Notes under the pieces: model-generated
Databases searched by the model: none
What the model was told of the DNA's origin: nothing
The model's input: the letters and a program-made list of their open reading frames with translations, nothing else
Shown: positions 38,435 through 49,713 of the stretch, piece after piece
Numbering within the stretch: position 1 is the stretch's first letter
Layout: each line of letters starts with the position of its first letter
Origin: Candidatus Coprosoma intestinipullorum
GTDB taxonomy: Bacteria; Bacillota_I; Bacilli_A; RF39; UBA660
Assembly (NCBI GenBank): GCA_018713045.1
Contig: DVFV01000123.1
Location: 1-49,713 of the forward strand
Direction: 5' to 3'
DNA length: 49,713 nt
Made by a program: the position numbers and the translations under genes

Positions 38435-41400
38435 TTAATCCATCAGTTCTTGTTCAAGGGCCTCTAAAGGTTCATCTTTTAGTAAAGCGTTTTCTAAAGT
38501 GTATTCGGTATCACGATATTTTTTCGCACCAGTTCCGGCAGGAATTAATTTACCAATGATAACGTTTTCTTTTAGACCAGTTAAGTGGTCAACTTTACCG
38601 TGAACGGCTGCATCAGTTAAGATTCTCGTAGTTTCTTGGAATGAAGCAGCTGATAAGAATGAATCAGTTTCAAGAGAGGCTTTAGTAATACCAAGTAAAA
38701 CAGGTTTTCCTGTTGAAGGACGTTTACCTTCAAGGATAAGTTTCTTGTTTTCTTCGGTAAATTCATTAATATTAATCATTGTTCCTGGTAAGAAGTAAGA
38801 ATCACCTGAATCAACGATTCTAATCTTAGAAATCATACGTTTTGCCATAATTTCAACGTGTTTATCAGAAATATCAACACCTTGTGAACGGTAAACTTTT
38901 TGAATTTCATATAAGATATATTGTTGAACAGTTATAGGGTCTGTTACAACTAGTAATTCTTTAGGGTTAATTGGTCCAGCGGTTAAACGCTCACCAGCTT
39001 TAACTTCTTGACCTTTTTCAACGATTAATTTAGCACCGTAATTTGTTACGTGTTCGCGAGTTTCAACATCATTTTTAACTGAGATCTTGAAGCTTCCACC
39101 GTCTTCTTTGATTTCAGTAACAACACCATTGATTTCAGATATTGTAGCTTTACCTTTAGGGTTACGAGCTTCAAAGATTTCGGTAACACGTGGAAGACCT
39201 TGAGTGATGTCGTCTCCACCGGCAACTCCACCTGTGTTGAAGTTACGCATTGTAAGCTGAGTACCAGGTTCACCGATTGATTGAGCGGCCATGATACCAA
39301 CTGCTTCACCAATTTCAACTTCAGAACCAGTTGCGAGGTTACGTCCATAACATTTACGGCAAACACCGTGGTCGATCTTACATGTAAGAACGCTTCTGAT
39401 TGGAACTTTAGTAATTCCGGCTTCGATTATCTTTTCAGCAATTCTTTCAGTAATGTATGTATCTTTTTCAACTAGAACTTCTTTAGTTCCTGGTTTTAAG
39501 ATATTTTTAGATGTATAACGACCAACGATACGATCTTCTAGTGATTCGATTAGAGTTCCATCAGTATTCTTGAAGGCTTCAATAACAACACCTTGATCAG
39601 TTCCACAGTCGTTAGCTTTAACGATAACGTCTTGAACGACATCGACTAACCTTCTAGTTAAGTAACCAGCATCGGCTGTTTTTAAAGCGGTATCAACGGC
39701 ACCTTTACGAGTACCATGGGTTGATGTAAAGAATTCTGATACGGTAACTCCTTCACTTAGAGAAGATGTGATTGGGATTTCAACGTAATCTCCGTTTGGC
39801 TTACTAACGATACCACGCATACCAGCAAGCTGTCCGTATTGATCGATAGATCCACGGGCCTTAGAATTAATCATCATAGAGATTGATGAGTTTGGATTAG
39901 CTTTTAACTGGTTGTTTAAGTCATCATAGATTTTATCTTTAGCATCAAACCAAGTTTGAATTACATTTTCATAACGTTCTTGATCGGTGATTAAACCACG
40001 TCTGAATTGTTTGTTGATAGTGTCAACTTTGTTTTGAGCTTCGTTGATAACATCTTTTTTGATCGAACTTTCTTTGATATCGTCGATTGAAATACTAACA
40101 CCAGAGATTGTCGAATATTTGAATCCTAAGTTTTTAATCGCATCAAGCATAACTGAGGTTTCAGTTGTGTGATAACGTTTATATATTTGTGAAATTAGTT
40201 TTCCGATAACGCTTTTATTGAAAGCTGGAACTAATTCTTTGTTTTTAATTTCTTCCGGTATGTTTTTACCTTTATCGATAAAATGAACAGCTGGAGTTGA
40301 TTTAGTAGCGTTTTCTGATGTTCCGTCGTTAATATATTGGAATGTATCTGGGAAAACGTCATTGAATATTAATTTACCTGGAGTTGTAACTAAATATTTG
40401 TCTAAATATTTATCTGGGAAAATCTTATGTTTAAATGATTTTACCGGAACAGCAACTCTGGCATGCATATCAACTTCGCCTCTTTGGAAGGCCATAATAA
40501 CGTCATCGCTATTACGGAATGCACGTCCTTCACCTTTAGCTCCTGGTTTTTCCATGGTCAGATAATAGTTACCTAAGACCATATCCTGTCTTGGAGTAAC
40601 GATTGGAGAACCATCTTTTGGTGAAAGAATGTTGTTAGAAGCAAGCATTAGGATTCTGGCTTCAGCTTGAGCTTCTTCACTAATTGGAACGTGGATTGCC
40701 ATCTGGTCTCCATCGAAGTCGGCATTGAAACCTTCACAGACAAGTGGATGGATACGGATTGCTTTTCCATCGACTAATTTTGGTTCGAAGGCTTGGATAC
40801 CTAAACGGTGAAGCGTAGGCGCACGGTTAAGCATAACTGGATGTTCTTTAATAACTTCTTCAACAACATCCCAAACACGTTCGTCTTGATTTTCAATCAT
40901 TCTCTTAGCTGCTTTGATGTTGCTGGCAATTTCCTTAGAAACAAGTCCATGAATTACATGTGGTTTAAATAATTCAAGAGCCATTTCTTTTGGAAGACCA
41001 CATTCGTGCATCTTAAGTGATGGTCCAACAACGATAACTGAACGGCCGGAATAATCGACACGTTTACCAAGTAAGTTTTGACGGAAACGACCTTGTTTAC
41101 CTTTTAACATACTTGATAGTGATTTAAGCGGTCTATTACCTGGACCTGTGATGTTTTTACCACGGCGTCCGTTATCAAATAAGGCGTCTACTGCTTCTTG
41201 AAGCATACGCTTTTCGTTTTGAATGATAATAGATGGTGCGCTTAAATCGATAAGCTTTTTCAAACGGTTATTACGGTTAATAACTCTTCTATATAAATCG
41301 TTTAAATCAGATGTGGCAAATCTACCACCGTCTAATTGAATCATCGGTCTGAGCTCTGGTGGAATTACTGGAAGAGCATCCAAAATCATCCATTCAGGGC

Positions 41401-42070
41401 GATTACCTGATTCTAGGAATGCGTCTAAAACGTCTAAACGTTTAATTAAACGAACACGTTTTTGACTAGATGAATCTTTAATTTCATCGATTTCTTTTTT
41501 GATTGTGTCGACTTCTTTTTGTAAGTCAACTTCTTTTAATAATTCTTTAATGGCTTCAGCACCCATACCTACTCTAAATGTGTTTCCGTATTTTTCATAG
41601 TATGAGCGGTATTCCTTATCACTGATTGTCTGTTTTTTCTCAAGTGGTGTATCACCTGGGTCAAGGACAACGTAAGAGACGAAGTATAGTACTTCTTCAA
41701 GGTCTCTTGGTGACATATCTAGAACTAATCCCATTCTAGATGGAACGCCTTTAAAGAACCAGATGTGAGATACAGGAGTTGCAAGTTCAATGTGTCCCAT
41801 ACGTTCACGACGTACTTTGGACTTAGTTACTTCAACTCCACATCTATCACAAATGATATTTTTATATCTTAATCTTTTGTATTTACCACAAGCACATTCA
41901 AAGTCCTTTGTTGGTCCAAAGATTTTTTCGCAAAATAAGCCATCACGTTCTGGTTTTAGAGTACGATAGTTCATCGTTTCGGCTTTTTTTACTTCACCGT
42001 AAGACCAAGAACGGATTTTTTCTGGTGAGGCAATGGCTATTCTTAAGCCAGCAAAGCTATTAGCATCCAT
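38435..42070 (-). CDS. rpoC: RNA polymerase beta' subunit
   Basis: [19 protein letters not shown] and [10 protein letters not shown]. Confidence 0.99.
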   Translation of the reverse strand: MDANSFAGLRIAIASPEKIRSWSYGEVKKAETMNYRTLKPERDGLFCEKIFGPTKDFECACGKYKRLRYKNIICDRCGVEVTKSKVRRERMGHIELATPVSHIWFFKGVPSRMGLVLDMSPRDLEEVLYFVSYVVLDPGDTPLEKKQTISDKEYRSYYEKYGNTFRVGMGAEAIKELLKEVDLQKEVDTIKKEIDEIKDSSSQKRVRLIKRLDVLDAFLESGNRPEWMILDALPVIPPELRPMIQLDGGRFATSDLNDLYRRVINRNNRLKKLIDLSAPSIIIQNEKRMLQEAVDALFDNGRRGKNITGPGNRPLKSLSSMLKGKQGRFRQNLLGKRVDYSGRSVIVVGPSLKMHECGLPKEMALELFKPHVIHGLVSKEIASNIKAAKRMIENQDERVWDVVEEVIKEHPVMLNRAPTLHRLGIQAFEPKLVDGKAIRIHPLVCEGFNADFDGDQMAIHVPISEEAQAEARILMLASNNILSPKDGSPIVTPRQDMVLGNYYLTMEKPGAKGEGRAFRNSDDVIMAFQRGEVDMHARVAVPVKSFKHKIFPDKYLDKYLVTTPGKLIFNDVFPDTFQYINDGTSENATKSTPAVHFIDKGKNIPEEIKNKELVPAFNKSVIGKLISQIYKRYHTTETSVMLDAIKNLGFKYSTISGVSISIDDIKESSIKKDVINEAQNKVDTINKQFRRGLITDQERYENVIQTWFDAKDKIYDDLNNQLKANPNSSISMMINSKARGSIDQYGQLAGMRGIVSKPNGDYVEIPITSSLSEGVTVSEFFTSTHGTRKGAVDTALKTADAGYLTRRLVDVVQDVIVKANDCGTDQGVVIEAFKNTDGTLIESLEDRIVGRYTSKNILKPGTKEVLVEKDTYITERIAEKIIEAGITKVPIRSVLTCKIDHGVCRKCYGRNLATGSEVEIGEAVGIMAAQSIGEPGTQLTMRNFNTGGVAGGDDITQGLPRVTEIFEARNPKGKATISEINGVVTEIKEDGGSFKISVKNDVETREHVTNYGAKLIVEKGQEVKAGERLTAGPINPKELLVVTDPITVQQYILYEIQKVYRSQGVDISDKHVEIMAKRMISKIRIVDSGDSYFLPGTMININEFTEENKKLILEGKRPSTGKPVLLGITKASLETDSFLSAASFQETTRILTDAAVHGKVDHLTGLKENVIIGKLIPAGTGAKKYRDTEYTLENALLKDEPLEALEQELMD

Positions 42071-45000
42071 TATTTATCCTCCCCTTCCAAATTTTCTAAT
42101 TCTTCGGCTGTTGGTTCTTTTAAACCAAAGTCGTCAAAATCGTCAAGTTCATGTTCAAGATCACTTTCATCAGTTTGAGCTTGATCAAGATCTTCTTCTG
42201 GTTCAGCTGTCTTTAAATTTTCAGATTTTTCGTTTTCGTCTAAGTCTGGAACAAAGCTATCTTTTTCAGCTTCTTCTAAGTCTTTTAATTCGACGAATTT
42301 ACCTTCATTATTTAGAACAGTTATATCTAAACCTAAAGCTTGGAATTCTTTGATGACAACTCTGAAGCTTTCTGGAACACCAAATTCTGGTAATTCTTCA
42401 CCTTTGACTAAGGCTTCGTATACTTTAACACGGCCGGTAACGTCGTCTGATTTTACAGTCATCATTTCTTGAAGAACATGAGATGCACCATACGCATATA
42501 ATGCCCATACTTCCATTTCTCCGAAACGTTGACCACCGAACTGAGCTTTACCACCTAATGGTTGTTGTGTAACTAATGAATAAGGTCCAGTTGAACGAGC
42601 GTGAATCTTATCGTCAACCATGTGGTCGAGCTTGATCATATACATAACACCGACACTAATACGGTTATCGAAGGCTTCACCGGTACGTCCATCGTATAAA
42701 ACCATTTTACCGTCACGGTCTAATCCAGCTTCTTCTAGAGCGTCTAGGATTTCTTCTCTGGTTGCACCATCGAATACTGGAGTTGCCATGTAGGTATTTA
42801 AGGTTTTAGCAGCCATACCTAAATGAAGTTCTAAAATCTGACCGATGTTCATACGAGATGGAACACCTAGTGGGTTTAATAAGACATCGACTGTGTTTCC
42901 GTCTTTATCGTAAGGCATATCTTCTTCTGGTAAAACTAGAGAAACAACACCTTTGTTTCCGTGACGTCCTGAGATTTTATCACCAACGGTAATTTTTCTC
43001 TTTTGAGCGATGTAAACTCTGATTTTTTTGCTTACACCAGCTGGAAGTTCATCGTCGTCCTCTTTAGTTAAAATTTGAACATCGTGAACGATTCCTCCGC
43101 CACCGTGTTGAACTCTTAGAGAAGTATCTCTTACTTCACGAGTTTTTTCACCAAAGATTGCGTGTAACAATTTTTCTTCTGAAGTAAGTTCAGCCATACC
43201 TTTTGGTGTAACTTTTCCAACTAGGATATCGTCGTCTTTAACTTCAGTACCGATACGGATGATTCCGTTTTCGTCTAAGTTTTTACGAGCTTCTTCAGAA
43301 ACGTTTGGAATATCTCTAGTAAACTCTTCTGGTCCGAGTTTAGTGTCACGACATTCGATTTCATAATCTTTGATGTGAATTGAGGTGAAGGCGTCGTCTT
43401 TAACTAATCTTTCGTTTAAGACAACTGCATCTTCATAGTTATAACCTTCGTAGTTGATGAAGGCAACTTTTAGGTTTTTACCTAAAGCCATTTCTCCTTT
43501 ATCTGTTGAAGGTCCATCGGCAATGACATCGCCTTTTTTGATCTTATCGCCTTTACGAACGATTGGAATTTGGTGATAACATGTACCACTGTTGCTTCGT
43601 TCGAAACCTTCTAAGTAATATGTATCTGTTCCTTTAAGGTTTTTAACGATAATTTTACGAGCGTCGACATAGTCAACTGTTCCGTCAGCTTTAGCAACGA
43701 TAACAGCGCCTGAGTCTTTAGCAGCAATCGCTTCAACACCTGTTCCAACGAATGGAGCTTCTGGTTTTAAAAGTGGGATTGCTTGACGTTGCATGTTCGC
43801 ACCCATCAAGGCTCTTTTTCCATCGTCGTGCTCGAGGAATGGAATTCCACTAGTAGTAATTGATATTACTTGTTGTGGAGATACGTCCATGTAATCGATT
43901 TGTTCTTTGTTTACGATAATGTTTTCGTTTTCGTGACGAACAGGAACACGATCTTCGATGATAATATCGTCATCGTTTGTTTTAATGGTTGCTGGTGCAA
44001 TATAGTATTCAAGCTCTTCATCAGCAGTCATATATTTGATTTCATCAGTTAATTTGCAATTTTCAACTCGACGATATGGAGTCATGATAAATCCATATTC
44101 GTTGACTTTGGCGTAACTTGCAAGTGATGTAATAAGTCCGATGTTTGGTCCTTCTGGAGACTCAACTGGACATATACGACCATAGTGTGATGGGTTAACG
44201 TCACGTACTTCCATACTGGCACGGTCTTTAGAAAGTCCGCCTGGTCCTAAAGAAGAAAGTCTTCTCTTATTAGTAAGTTCAGCGATTGGGTTAATTTGAT
44301 CCATGAACTGAGACAATTGTGATGATCCGAAGAATTCTTTAATTGCGGCAGTTAATGGTCTTATGTTGATTAAAGTTTTTGGAGTTACTTCAGTTATTTC
44401 CTGAGTACTCATACGATCTCTAATCATTCTTTCAATTCTACTGATACCAATTCTGAATTGGTTTTGAAGTAGTTCACCAACTTGTCTGACACGACGGTTA
44501 GATAAGTGATCGATTTCGTCAAATTTACCAATTCCTTCTAATAAGTTTAAGTAATATGATAATGAAGCGTAGATATCGGAAATTGTAAGTCTTTTGATGT
44601 CGATATCTTGATCATTACCAATGACATTAACGATTTTATCAGGATTTTTCTTAGAGTATACTTTGATCATTTGAACTTTATCATAAGTATCTAAGTCGTG
44701 ATTGATTAAAACTTCTTTTTTACCGTAACCGTTTTTAAAGATTGGTTTTAATTTCTCAAGTAAATCCTTAGTTATTTCTTCTCCGCTTGAAGCAATAACT
44801 TCACCGTCAACTTCAATAGTTTCAGCTAAAACACAGCCTAATAGACGGTCAGTGATGTTTAGCTTTTTATTGAATTTGTAACGACCTACTTTAGCTAAGT
44901 CGTAACGGAAGGCGTCGAAAAATCTAGTAATCAATTGGTTTTTCGCACTTTCTAAGGTTGAAGGTTCTCCTGGTCTTAGTTTAGTGTGAATATCAATTAA

Positions 45001-45699
45001 AGCTTCGTCGGTGTTTTTGTTCGTATCTTTTTCAATAGTTTTTAAAAGATAGTCATCTTCACCAAATAAGTCGATGATATCGTTATCACTAGATAAACCG
45101 ACAGCTCTTAAAAGAGTTGTGACAGGAACTTTACGAGTTCTGTCGATACGGACATATATAATGTCACGGGCATCGGTTTCGTATTCAAGCCAAGTACCAC
45201 GACTTGGAATGATTTGGGAACCAATAGTTACTTTACCATTTTTCTTGTCTACTTCTTTACCGAAATAAACAGATGGTGATCTAACTAATTGGGATACGAT
45301 TACTCTTTCAGCCCCGTTGACAATAAATGAGCCACTGTCAGTCATAACAGGCATGTCACCTAAGTAAATTTCTTGTTCTTTTACTTCGCCGGTTTCGGCA
45401 TTGAAAAGACGAGCTTCTACTTTAAGTGGTGCAGCATAAGTAGAATATCTCTCTTTACATTGTTTAATAGAATATCTTGGTTCGTCAAAACTGTAGTCGC
45501 CAAATTCTAAAGACAAATTTCCAGTGAAACTTTCCACTGGAAAAATATCGTCAAAGACTTCTTTGATTCCTTCAGTTAAAAACCATTCATAAGATTTCTT
45601 TTGAATTTCTAATAAGTTAGAAAGTTCAACAGTATGTTTTGTTTTTCCGTAATTTCTTCTCTCACGTTTTGCGTTGATTTTTTGAATTTTGTAAGCCAA
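42070..45699 (-). CDS. rpoB: RNA polymerase beta subunit
   Basis: [24 protein letters not shown] and GGQRFGEME; TTG start. Confidence 0.99.
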   Translation of the reverse strand: MAYKIQKINAKRERRNYGKTKHTVELSNLLEIQKKSYEWFLTEGIKEVFDDIFPVESFTGNLSLEFGDYSFDEPRYSIKQCKERYSTYAAPLKVEARLFNAETGEVKEQEIYLGDMPVMTDSGSFIVNGAERVIVSQLVRSPSVYFGKEVDKKNGKVTIGSQIIPSRGTWLEYETDARDIIYVRIDRTRKVPVTTLLRAVGLSSDNDIIDLFGEDDYLLKTIEKDTNKNTDEALIDIHTKLRPGEPSTLESAKNQLITRFFDAFRYDLAKVGRYKFNKKLNITDRLLGCVLAETIEVDGEVIASSGEEITKDLLEKLKPIFKNGYGKKEVLINHDLDTYDKVQMIKVYSKKNPDKIVNVIGNDQDIDIKRLTISDIYASLSYYLNLLEGIGKFDEIDHLSNRRVRQVGELLQNQFRIGISRIERMIRDRMSTQEITEVTPKTLINIRPLTAAIKEFFGSSQLSQFMDQINPIAELTNKRRLSSLGPGGLSKDRASMEVRDVNPSHYGRICPVESPEGPNIGLITSLASYAKVNEYGFIMTPYRRVENCKLTDEIKYMTADEELEYYIAPATIKTNDDDIIIEDRVPVRHENENIIVNKEQIDYMDVSPQQVISITTSGIPFLEHDDGKRALMGANMQRQAIPLLKPEAPFVGTGVEAIAAKDSGAVIVAKADGTVDYVDARKIIVKNLKGTDTYYLEGFERSNSGTCYHQIPIVRKGDKIKKGDVIADGPSTDKGEMALGKNLKVAFINYEGYNYEDAVVLNERLVKDDAFTSIHIKDYEIECRDTKLGPEEFTRDIPNVSEEARKNLDENGIIRIGTEVKDDDILVGKVTPKGMAELTSEEKLLHAIFGEKTREVRDTSLRVQHGGGGIVHDVQILTKEDDDELPAGVSKKIRVYIAQKRKITVGDKISGRHGNKGVVSLVLPEEDMPYDKDGNTVDVLLNPLGVPSRMNIGQILELHLGMAAKTLNTYMATPVFDGATREEILDALEEAGLDRDGKMVLYDGRTGEAFDNRISVGVMYMIKLDHMVDDKIHARSTGPYSLVTQQPLGGKAQFGGQRFGEMEVWALYAYGASHVLQEMMTVKSDDVTGRVKVYEALVKGEELPEFGVPESFRVVIKEFQALGLDITVLNNEGKFVELKDLEEAEKDSFVPDLDENEKSENLKTAEPEEDLDQAQTDESDLEHELDDFDDFGLKEPTAEELENLEGEDK

Positions 45700-45767
45700 T
45701 TTGTCACCCCTATAACCTAAATTTTCGTTATTTCATGTACCCCAAAAATACATGTCACCATTTTATA

Positions 45768-45796
45768 ATTATACTTTTGTTTCTCGCGGTTGTCAA
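45768..45796 (-). promoter_or_regulatory. SigmaA promoter of rpoBC
   Basis: TTGACA-17 nt-TATAAT, followed by a CATGTA/TACATG hairpin in the leader. Confidence 0.75.
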
Positions 45797-46377
45797 TGTT
45801 TTTTAGCAGATATTATATAAAAACCTTTATTTTTTGCGATGATGGTTACTTCGTAAATTTTACTTAAATCACGAGCTGTGGTTTTTGCTCCTTGGTTTTT
45901 ATTTATAACAAATATAAGCTTCCCATCTGGTTTTAAATGTTTTTCTGCTTCAAATAAGATTTTGTACAGTGTTTTCTTCCCTACTCTTATCGGCGGGTTA
46001 GTAACAATATAATCGTATTTTTTTGTGACGTTTGTATAAAGATCACTTTGAAAAATGTTTACGGATACGTTATTTATTTTAGCATTTTTCCGAGCTAAGT
46101 TTAGAGCTCTTTCGTTGACGTCGAGCATATCGATATTGGCAGAGGTGTTCTTTTTTAAATAGATTCCGATTGGTCCATAGCCACAGCCAAAATCAAGGAT
46201 GTCCCCTTTAAGAACTTGAATGGGCAGGTTTTCGAGTAATGATCTCGTACCAAAGTCTAAACCGTGCTTGGAGAAGACGCCATTATCCGTTATGAATGTA
46301 AGGTCTGTATTTTTGATTTTTACTTTTATTTCATTTTCATTACTTTCGACATAATCGTTTGTAAAATAATGTGACAT
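45793..46377 (-). CDS. RsmC/YbxB-like class I SAM methyltransferase
   Basis: MSHYF, GVFSK..DFG, LDFGCGYG and TNPPIR; conserved position between rplL and rpoB. Confidence 0.9.
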   Translation of the reverse strand: MSHYFTNDYVESNENEIKVKIKNTDLTFITDNGVFSKHGLDFGTRSLLENLPIQVLKGDILDFGCGYGPIGIYLKKNTSANIDMLDVNERALNLARKNAKINNVSVNIFQSDLYTNVTKKYDYIVTNPPIRVGKKTLYKILFEAEKHLKPDGKLIFVINKNQGAKTTARDLSKIYEVTIIAKNKGFYIISAKKH

Positions 46378-46395
46378 ATTATACCTTTCTTAGCT

Positions 46396-46420
46396 AAAAA
46401 GCCCGCAATTATTGCAGGCC
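46396..46420 (-). terminator. Terminator after rplL
   Basis: GCCTGCAAT-A-ATTGCGGGC-TTTTT. Confidence 0.75.
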
Positions 46421-46434
46421 TTATTTAGAATAAA

Positions 46435-46803
46435 CTATTTAACTTCTACAGAAGCTCCAGCTTCTTCTAATTTAGCTTTTAATTCATCAGCTTCACTTGA
46501 AGGGATGTTTTCTTTGATAGCTCCACCGTTATCAGCTAAGTCTTTAGCTTCTTTTAAGCCTAAACCAGTAACTTCTTTGATTAATTTGATAACTGGTAAT
46601 TTGTTTGGACCAGCAGATGTTAAAGTAACAGTTACTGTACTTGGACCTTCGTCAGCAGCGGCAGCAGCTGGTGCAGCAGCAACGGCTACAGCACTAGGGT
46701 CAACACCAAATTCCTCCTTCATAGCGTCTACTAATTCTTTAACTTCAAGAATAGACATTTCTTTTAATCCTTCAATGAATTCTTCTTTTGTAAATTTTGC
46801 CAT
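46435..46803 (-). CDS. rplL: 50S ribosomal protein L7/L12
   Basis: EEFGV, Ala-rich hinge, TGLGLKEAKDL and LEEAGA. Confidence 0.98.
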   Translation of the reverse strand: MAKFTKEEFIEGLKEMSILEVKELVDAMKEEFGVDPSAVAVAAAPAAAAADEGPSTVTVTLTSAGPNKLPVIKLIKEVTGLGLKEAKDLADNGGAIKENIPSSEADELKAKLEEAGASVEVK

Positions 46804-46820
46804 TTAAATCATTCCTTTCT

Positions 46821-47312
46821 TTATTTTTCTAAATCTTTGCTATATAGATCTAAGCAAATTGATAAGTCTCTAACTGTTCCCATCATGCCTGAAGCAAGCA
46901 TAGTAAGTAATCCTTCTCTAGATGGAATATTAGATAATTCTTGTAATTTTGCTTCATCTGCGATTTCACCATCAATAATACCGGCTTTTAAAATTAAAGC
47001 TGGATGAGTTTTGGCGAAGTCAGCTAAAACTTTAACTGGAGCGATTTCGTCTTCAGAAAAGGCCATAGCTTTTGGTCCTTTAAGTTCATCAGCTAAGTCG
47101 ATTTTTAAAGTGTCGAATGCTCTTTTAACTAAAGTGTTTTTGTAAATTTTGAACTTAGAACCGGTTTCAGCAAGTTTGTTTCGCAGTTCGTTAGTGTCTT
47201 CAACAGTTAATCCTTGATATTCGAATAAAACCATTGATTTAGCTTCTTTAGTTCTTTTAGCTATTTCATCGATAATATCTTGTTTTTTATCGAGAATTTT
47301 TTGATTTGCCAA
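46821..47312 (-). CDS. rplJ: 50S ribosomal protein L10
   Basis: YQGLTV, KNTL, LKGP and PSREGLL; TTG start at 47312 after AGGAAGGTG. Confidence 0.96.
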   Translation of the reverse strand: MANQKILDKKQDIIDEIAKRTKEAKSMVLFEYQGLTVEDTNELRNKLAETGSKFKIYKNTLVKRAFDTLKIDLADELKGPKAMAFSEDEIAPVKVLADFAKTHPALILKAGIIDGEIADEAKLQELSNIPSREGLLTMLASGMMGTVRDLSICLDLYSKDLEK

Positions 47313-47339
47313 GAATAACACCTTCCTTTCTTCCACCGC

Positions 47340-47432
47340 AACAAAAAGCTCTACAAGACGTAGAGCTCCAAGGTTAACAAATGTCCTCGGTAGGATATTA
47401 AGCTTTTTAGCACCTACTGTCTACGGCTTTCA
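47340..47432 (-). ncRNA. L10 leader (ribosomal protein autoregulatory RNA)
   Basis: AGACAGTAGGTG...AATATCCTACCGAGG core, then attenuator AGCTCTAC-GTCTT-GTAGAGCT-TTTT. Confidence 0.88.
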
Positions 47433-47439
47433 TGTATTC

Positions 47440-47468
47440 ATTATAGCATATTTGATTTTAGAAGTCAA
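47440..47468 (-). promoter_or_regulatory. SigmaA promoter of rplJL
   Basis: TTGACT-17 nt-TATAAT with an extended TG. Confidence 0.75.
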
Positions 47469-48153
47469 AGCTATTTATATCAACTTTAACTCCTGGCCCC
47501 ATTGTTGAAGATATAGTTATATTTTTAACATATGTTCCTTTAACAACAGATGGTTTTGCTTTAACGATAACACTTACGAAAGTTTTTAGGTTTTCAAGTA
47601 AGTCTTCTTCACTGAATGAAGATTTACCGATTAAAGCGTGAACGTTTCCGTATGAATCAGTACGGTATTCAACACGACCTTTTTTAACTTCTTCAACGGC
47701 TTTTTTAGTATCTAAAGTAACCGTTCCAGTTTTTGGATTTGGCATTAGTCCTTTAGGTCCTAAAATACGTCCGATTTTTCCTAAAGCTGGCATCATATCT
47801 GGAGTTGCAATCATAACGTCGAAATCAAACCAGTTTTCTTTTTGAATTTTATCTAAGTAATCAGTGTCGCCAACGTAGTCAGCACCGGCTTCTTTTGCGG
47901 CGTCGGCAGCAGCACCTTTAGCGATTACTAATACTTTTTTAGATTTACCAGTTCCTTTTGGTAAAACGATAGCTCCTCTTAATTGTTGGTCAGCTTTTTT
48001 CGTATCTAGATTTAGATGCATAGCTACTTCAACAGAAGAGTCAAATTTAGTTGTTGCTGTTTCTTTAACTAATTTAACAGCTTCTTCTTTAGTATATAAT
48101 TTATGTTTGTCAACTTTTTCAGCTGACTCTAAAAATCTCTTACTCTTTTTCAT
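47458..48153 (-). CDS. rplA: 50S ribosomal protein L1
   Basis: [21 protein letters not shown] and STMGPG. Confidence 0.98.
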   Translation of the reverse strand: MKKSKRFLESAEKVDKHKLYTKEEAVKLVKETATTKFDSSVEVAMHLNLDTKKADQQLRGAIVLPKGTGKSKKVLVIAKGAAADAAKEAGADYVGDTDYLDKIQKENWFDFDVMIATPDMMPALGKIGRILGPKGLMPNPKTGTVTLDTKKAVEEVKKGRVEYRTDSYGNVHALIGKSSFSEEDLLENLKTFVSVIVKAKPSVVKGTYVKNITISSTMGPGVKVDINSFDF

Positions 48154-48168
48154 TTTTTAATTCCTCCT

Positions 48169-48203
48169 TGTGGTTTGGTGGAAAGCGGATATTTCCTCCC
48201 ACA
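48169..48203 (-). promoter_or_regulatory. Putative L1-binding mRNA element before rplA
   Basis: TGTGGGAGGAAA...TTTCCACCAAACCACA stem with an internal loop, next to the RBS. Confidence 0.6.
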
Positions 48204-48218
48204 TAGGCTATACCTATG

Positions 48219-48647
48219 TTAATCTTCTACTTTGATTCCCATATTTAAAGCTGTTCCGGCAATTGTGTTCATTGCAGCTTCTACGGTTGAACAGTTTAAA
48301 TCTGGTAATTTAGTTTCAGCAATTTCTCTTAATTGTTCTTTAGTAATGGTTCCAACAATTTCGTTTTTACCTTTTGTTCCACCTTTATTAATTTTAGCAG
48401 CTCTTTTGATTAAGAATGGAGCTGGTGGAGTTTTAACGACGAAGTCGAATGTACGATCTTCATATACGTTAATTACAACTGGTAAAACATCTCCCATTTT
48501 ATCTCTTGTAGCTTCGTTGAATTTAGTACAAAATTCTCCTAAGTTAACTCCGGCTGGACCTAAAACTGTACCAACTGGTGGTTGTGGGGTTGCCTTACCG
48601 GCTTCGATTTGTAATTTGATTTGCTTAACTAATTTTGCTTTTGCCAC
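48219..48647 (-). CDS. rplK: 50S ribosomal protein L11
   Basis: [17 protein letters not shown] and KTPP; GTG start at 48647 after GGAGGTG. Confidence 0.98.
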   Translation of the reverse strand: MAKAKLVKQIKLQIEAGKATPQPPVGTVLGPAGVNLGEFCTKFNEATRDKMGDVLPVVINVYEDRTFDFVVKTPPAPFLIKRAAKINKGGTKGKNEIVGTITKEQLREIAETKLPDLNCSTVEAAMNTIAGTALNMGIKVED

Positions 48648-48677
48648 GAAAAACACCTCCTATAATATTTTTTCGTG

Positions 48678-48737
48678 AGTGGTTCAAATGATTATCCGCC
48701 AACTGAATTTCAGTTTTCATTTTATGAATCTCCCACT
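48678..48737 (-). promoter_or_regulatory. Putative L1-binding leader before rplK
   Basis: AGTGGGAGATT...AATCATTTGAACCACT. Confidence 0.55.
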
Positions 48738-48791
48738 TAAAGCTATAAAACATAGCTATTTAATAATATCACAAATTAAATAATTTGTAAA

Positions 48792-49325
48792 CTAAGCCTT
48801 AGTAATTTGTGATAATTCGAGTTCGACAACGGTTTCTTGGCCGAACAGGTCAATTGAGACTTCGAGTTTTGCATTTGGAAGGTCAACTGATTTGATTTCA
48901 CCATACATTCCGTCGAATGGACCTGAGATAACCTTGATTTTTTCACCAATTTTAAGGTCACTATCGGCTTGAAGACGACTCATGCCCATTGATCCTAGGA
49001 TTTTATCTACTTCCTGAGGAGTTAATGGGAAAGGTTTTGCTCCTTTACCAGATGATCCGATAAATCCGGTTACTCCTGGAGTATTTCTGACGATGAACCA
49101 AGCTTCATCTGTCATGATCATTTCAACTAAAATGTATCCTGGGAATAGTTTGGTTGTTTTTTCTTTACCATTTTCATCAACTGATTTTACTTCGGGAACG
49201 ACTACTCTTAAGATATAGTCTTCCATTCCCATAGAACTAGCACGCATTTCTAATTTTTCTTTAACTTTATTCTCGTGCCCAGAATAAGTATTGACAACAT
49301 ACCACTCTTTTTTCATATCTTCCAT
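48792..49325 (-). CDS. nusG: Transcription elongation factor NusG
   Basis: WYVVNTYSGHE, FPGYILV, VRNTPGVTGF and KOW SGPF. Confidence 0.98.
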   Translation of the reverse strand: MEDMKKEWYVVNTYSGHENKVKEKLEMRASSMGMEDYILRVVVPEVKSVDENGKEKTTKLFPGYILVEMIMTDEAWFIVRNTPGVTGFIGSSGKGAKPFPLTPQEVDKILGSMGMSRLQADSDLKIGEKIKVISGPFDGMYGEIKSVDLPNAKLEVSIDLFGQETVVELELSQITKA

Positions 49326-49327
49326 AA

Positions 49328-49513
49328 TTATAACCTCTCTAGTAACTCTCTAATACCAGCAATAATGAAGTCTGATGCGACAAAGAAAAGACTTAAGAAG
49401 ACGATGCAGAGAAATACCCAAATGGCATAGTGCATGGTTTCTTTTCCTTTTGGCCATCTAACTTTTTTCATTTCTTTGATTACGTTACCGAAAAATCCTT
49501 TGATTTTTCCCAT
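49328..49513 (-). CDS. secE: Preprotein translocase SecE
   Basis: EMKKVRWP plus one TM, directly upstream of nusG. Confidence 0.95.
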   Translation of the reverse strand: MGKIKGFFGNVIKEMKKVRWPKGKETMHYAIWVFLCIVFLSLFFVASDFIIAGIRELLERL

Positions 49514-49713
49514 ATTTTCACCTACTTTTAAATCTTATGATTTTCTAAAATAAAAAACACTTTTATGTGCTTTTCTAGGTAAATAATAACACAAATATAT
49601 AGTGTTGTCAATGAAAAATGATGAGTTTTTTAGGTATTTATTTTGTCTTTTTTAAACATTTCGAAGATATTAGATCTTTGGCAAAAACTGTTTGAAGATA
49701 TTTTCTCATTTCA

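Noticed and set aside
42070-42280. Acidic C-terminal extension of RpoB
   Set aside because: Low-complexity acidic tails are common in Firmicute RpoB.
46412-48678. Long plus-strand ORFs opposite rplL (46412-46807) and rplK (48232-48678)
   Set aside because: Antisense shadows caused by codon bias in highly expressed genes; no RBS or motif.
1-49713. CRISPR array, rRNA, tRNA or alternative genetic code
   Set aside because: None recognised by eye. Genes such as rarA end in TGA and long ORFs translate fully under the standard code.

Overview
AT-rich chromosomal segment of a low-GC Firmicute (Bacilli). It uses the standard genetic code (TGA is a stop). The B. subtilis-like gene order, short SMC, RpoB H526N and many Lys-tailed orphans suggest a reduced, uncultured gut lineage such as RF39 (inference). 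Core genes: xerD, rarA, holA, an OmpR-family two-component pair, trmK-rpoD-dnaG, comEA-comEC, ftsW, trpS, def, an ABC-F, smc, and secE-nusG-rplK-rplA-rplJ-rplL-methyltransferase-rpoB-rpoC with L1 and L10 leaders. Accessory content: a partial AAA ATPase at the left edge, a solo tnpB with intact RuvC residues and a structured omega-RNA-like right end, three tandem membrane-anchored gluzincin-like paralogues, two CE4 deacetylases, and pilD-pilC. Also present are sporulation-type genes (yqfQ-like and an unlisted yjcZ-like ORF with a sigmaE-type promoter), an arylsulfotransferase homologue lacking most catalytic residues, an AHSxG hydrolase and a DUF4259-like/FolD chimeric remnant. Best lead for an undescribed system: two unrelated orphans share a C-terminal AKVKV(K)RL..P...TxAA motif. 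In one it ends the protein; in the other it precedes a prepilin-like A|F site and a terminal hydrophobic helix. This suggests a C-terminal, prepilin-peptidase-linked sorting or release signal. No rRNA, tRNA or CRISPR array was seen. All family calls are from motif recognition, not database searches.
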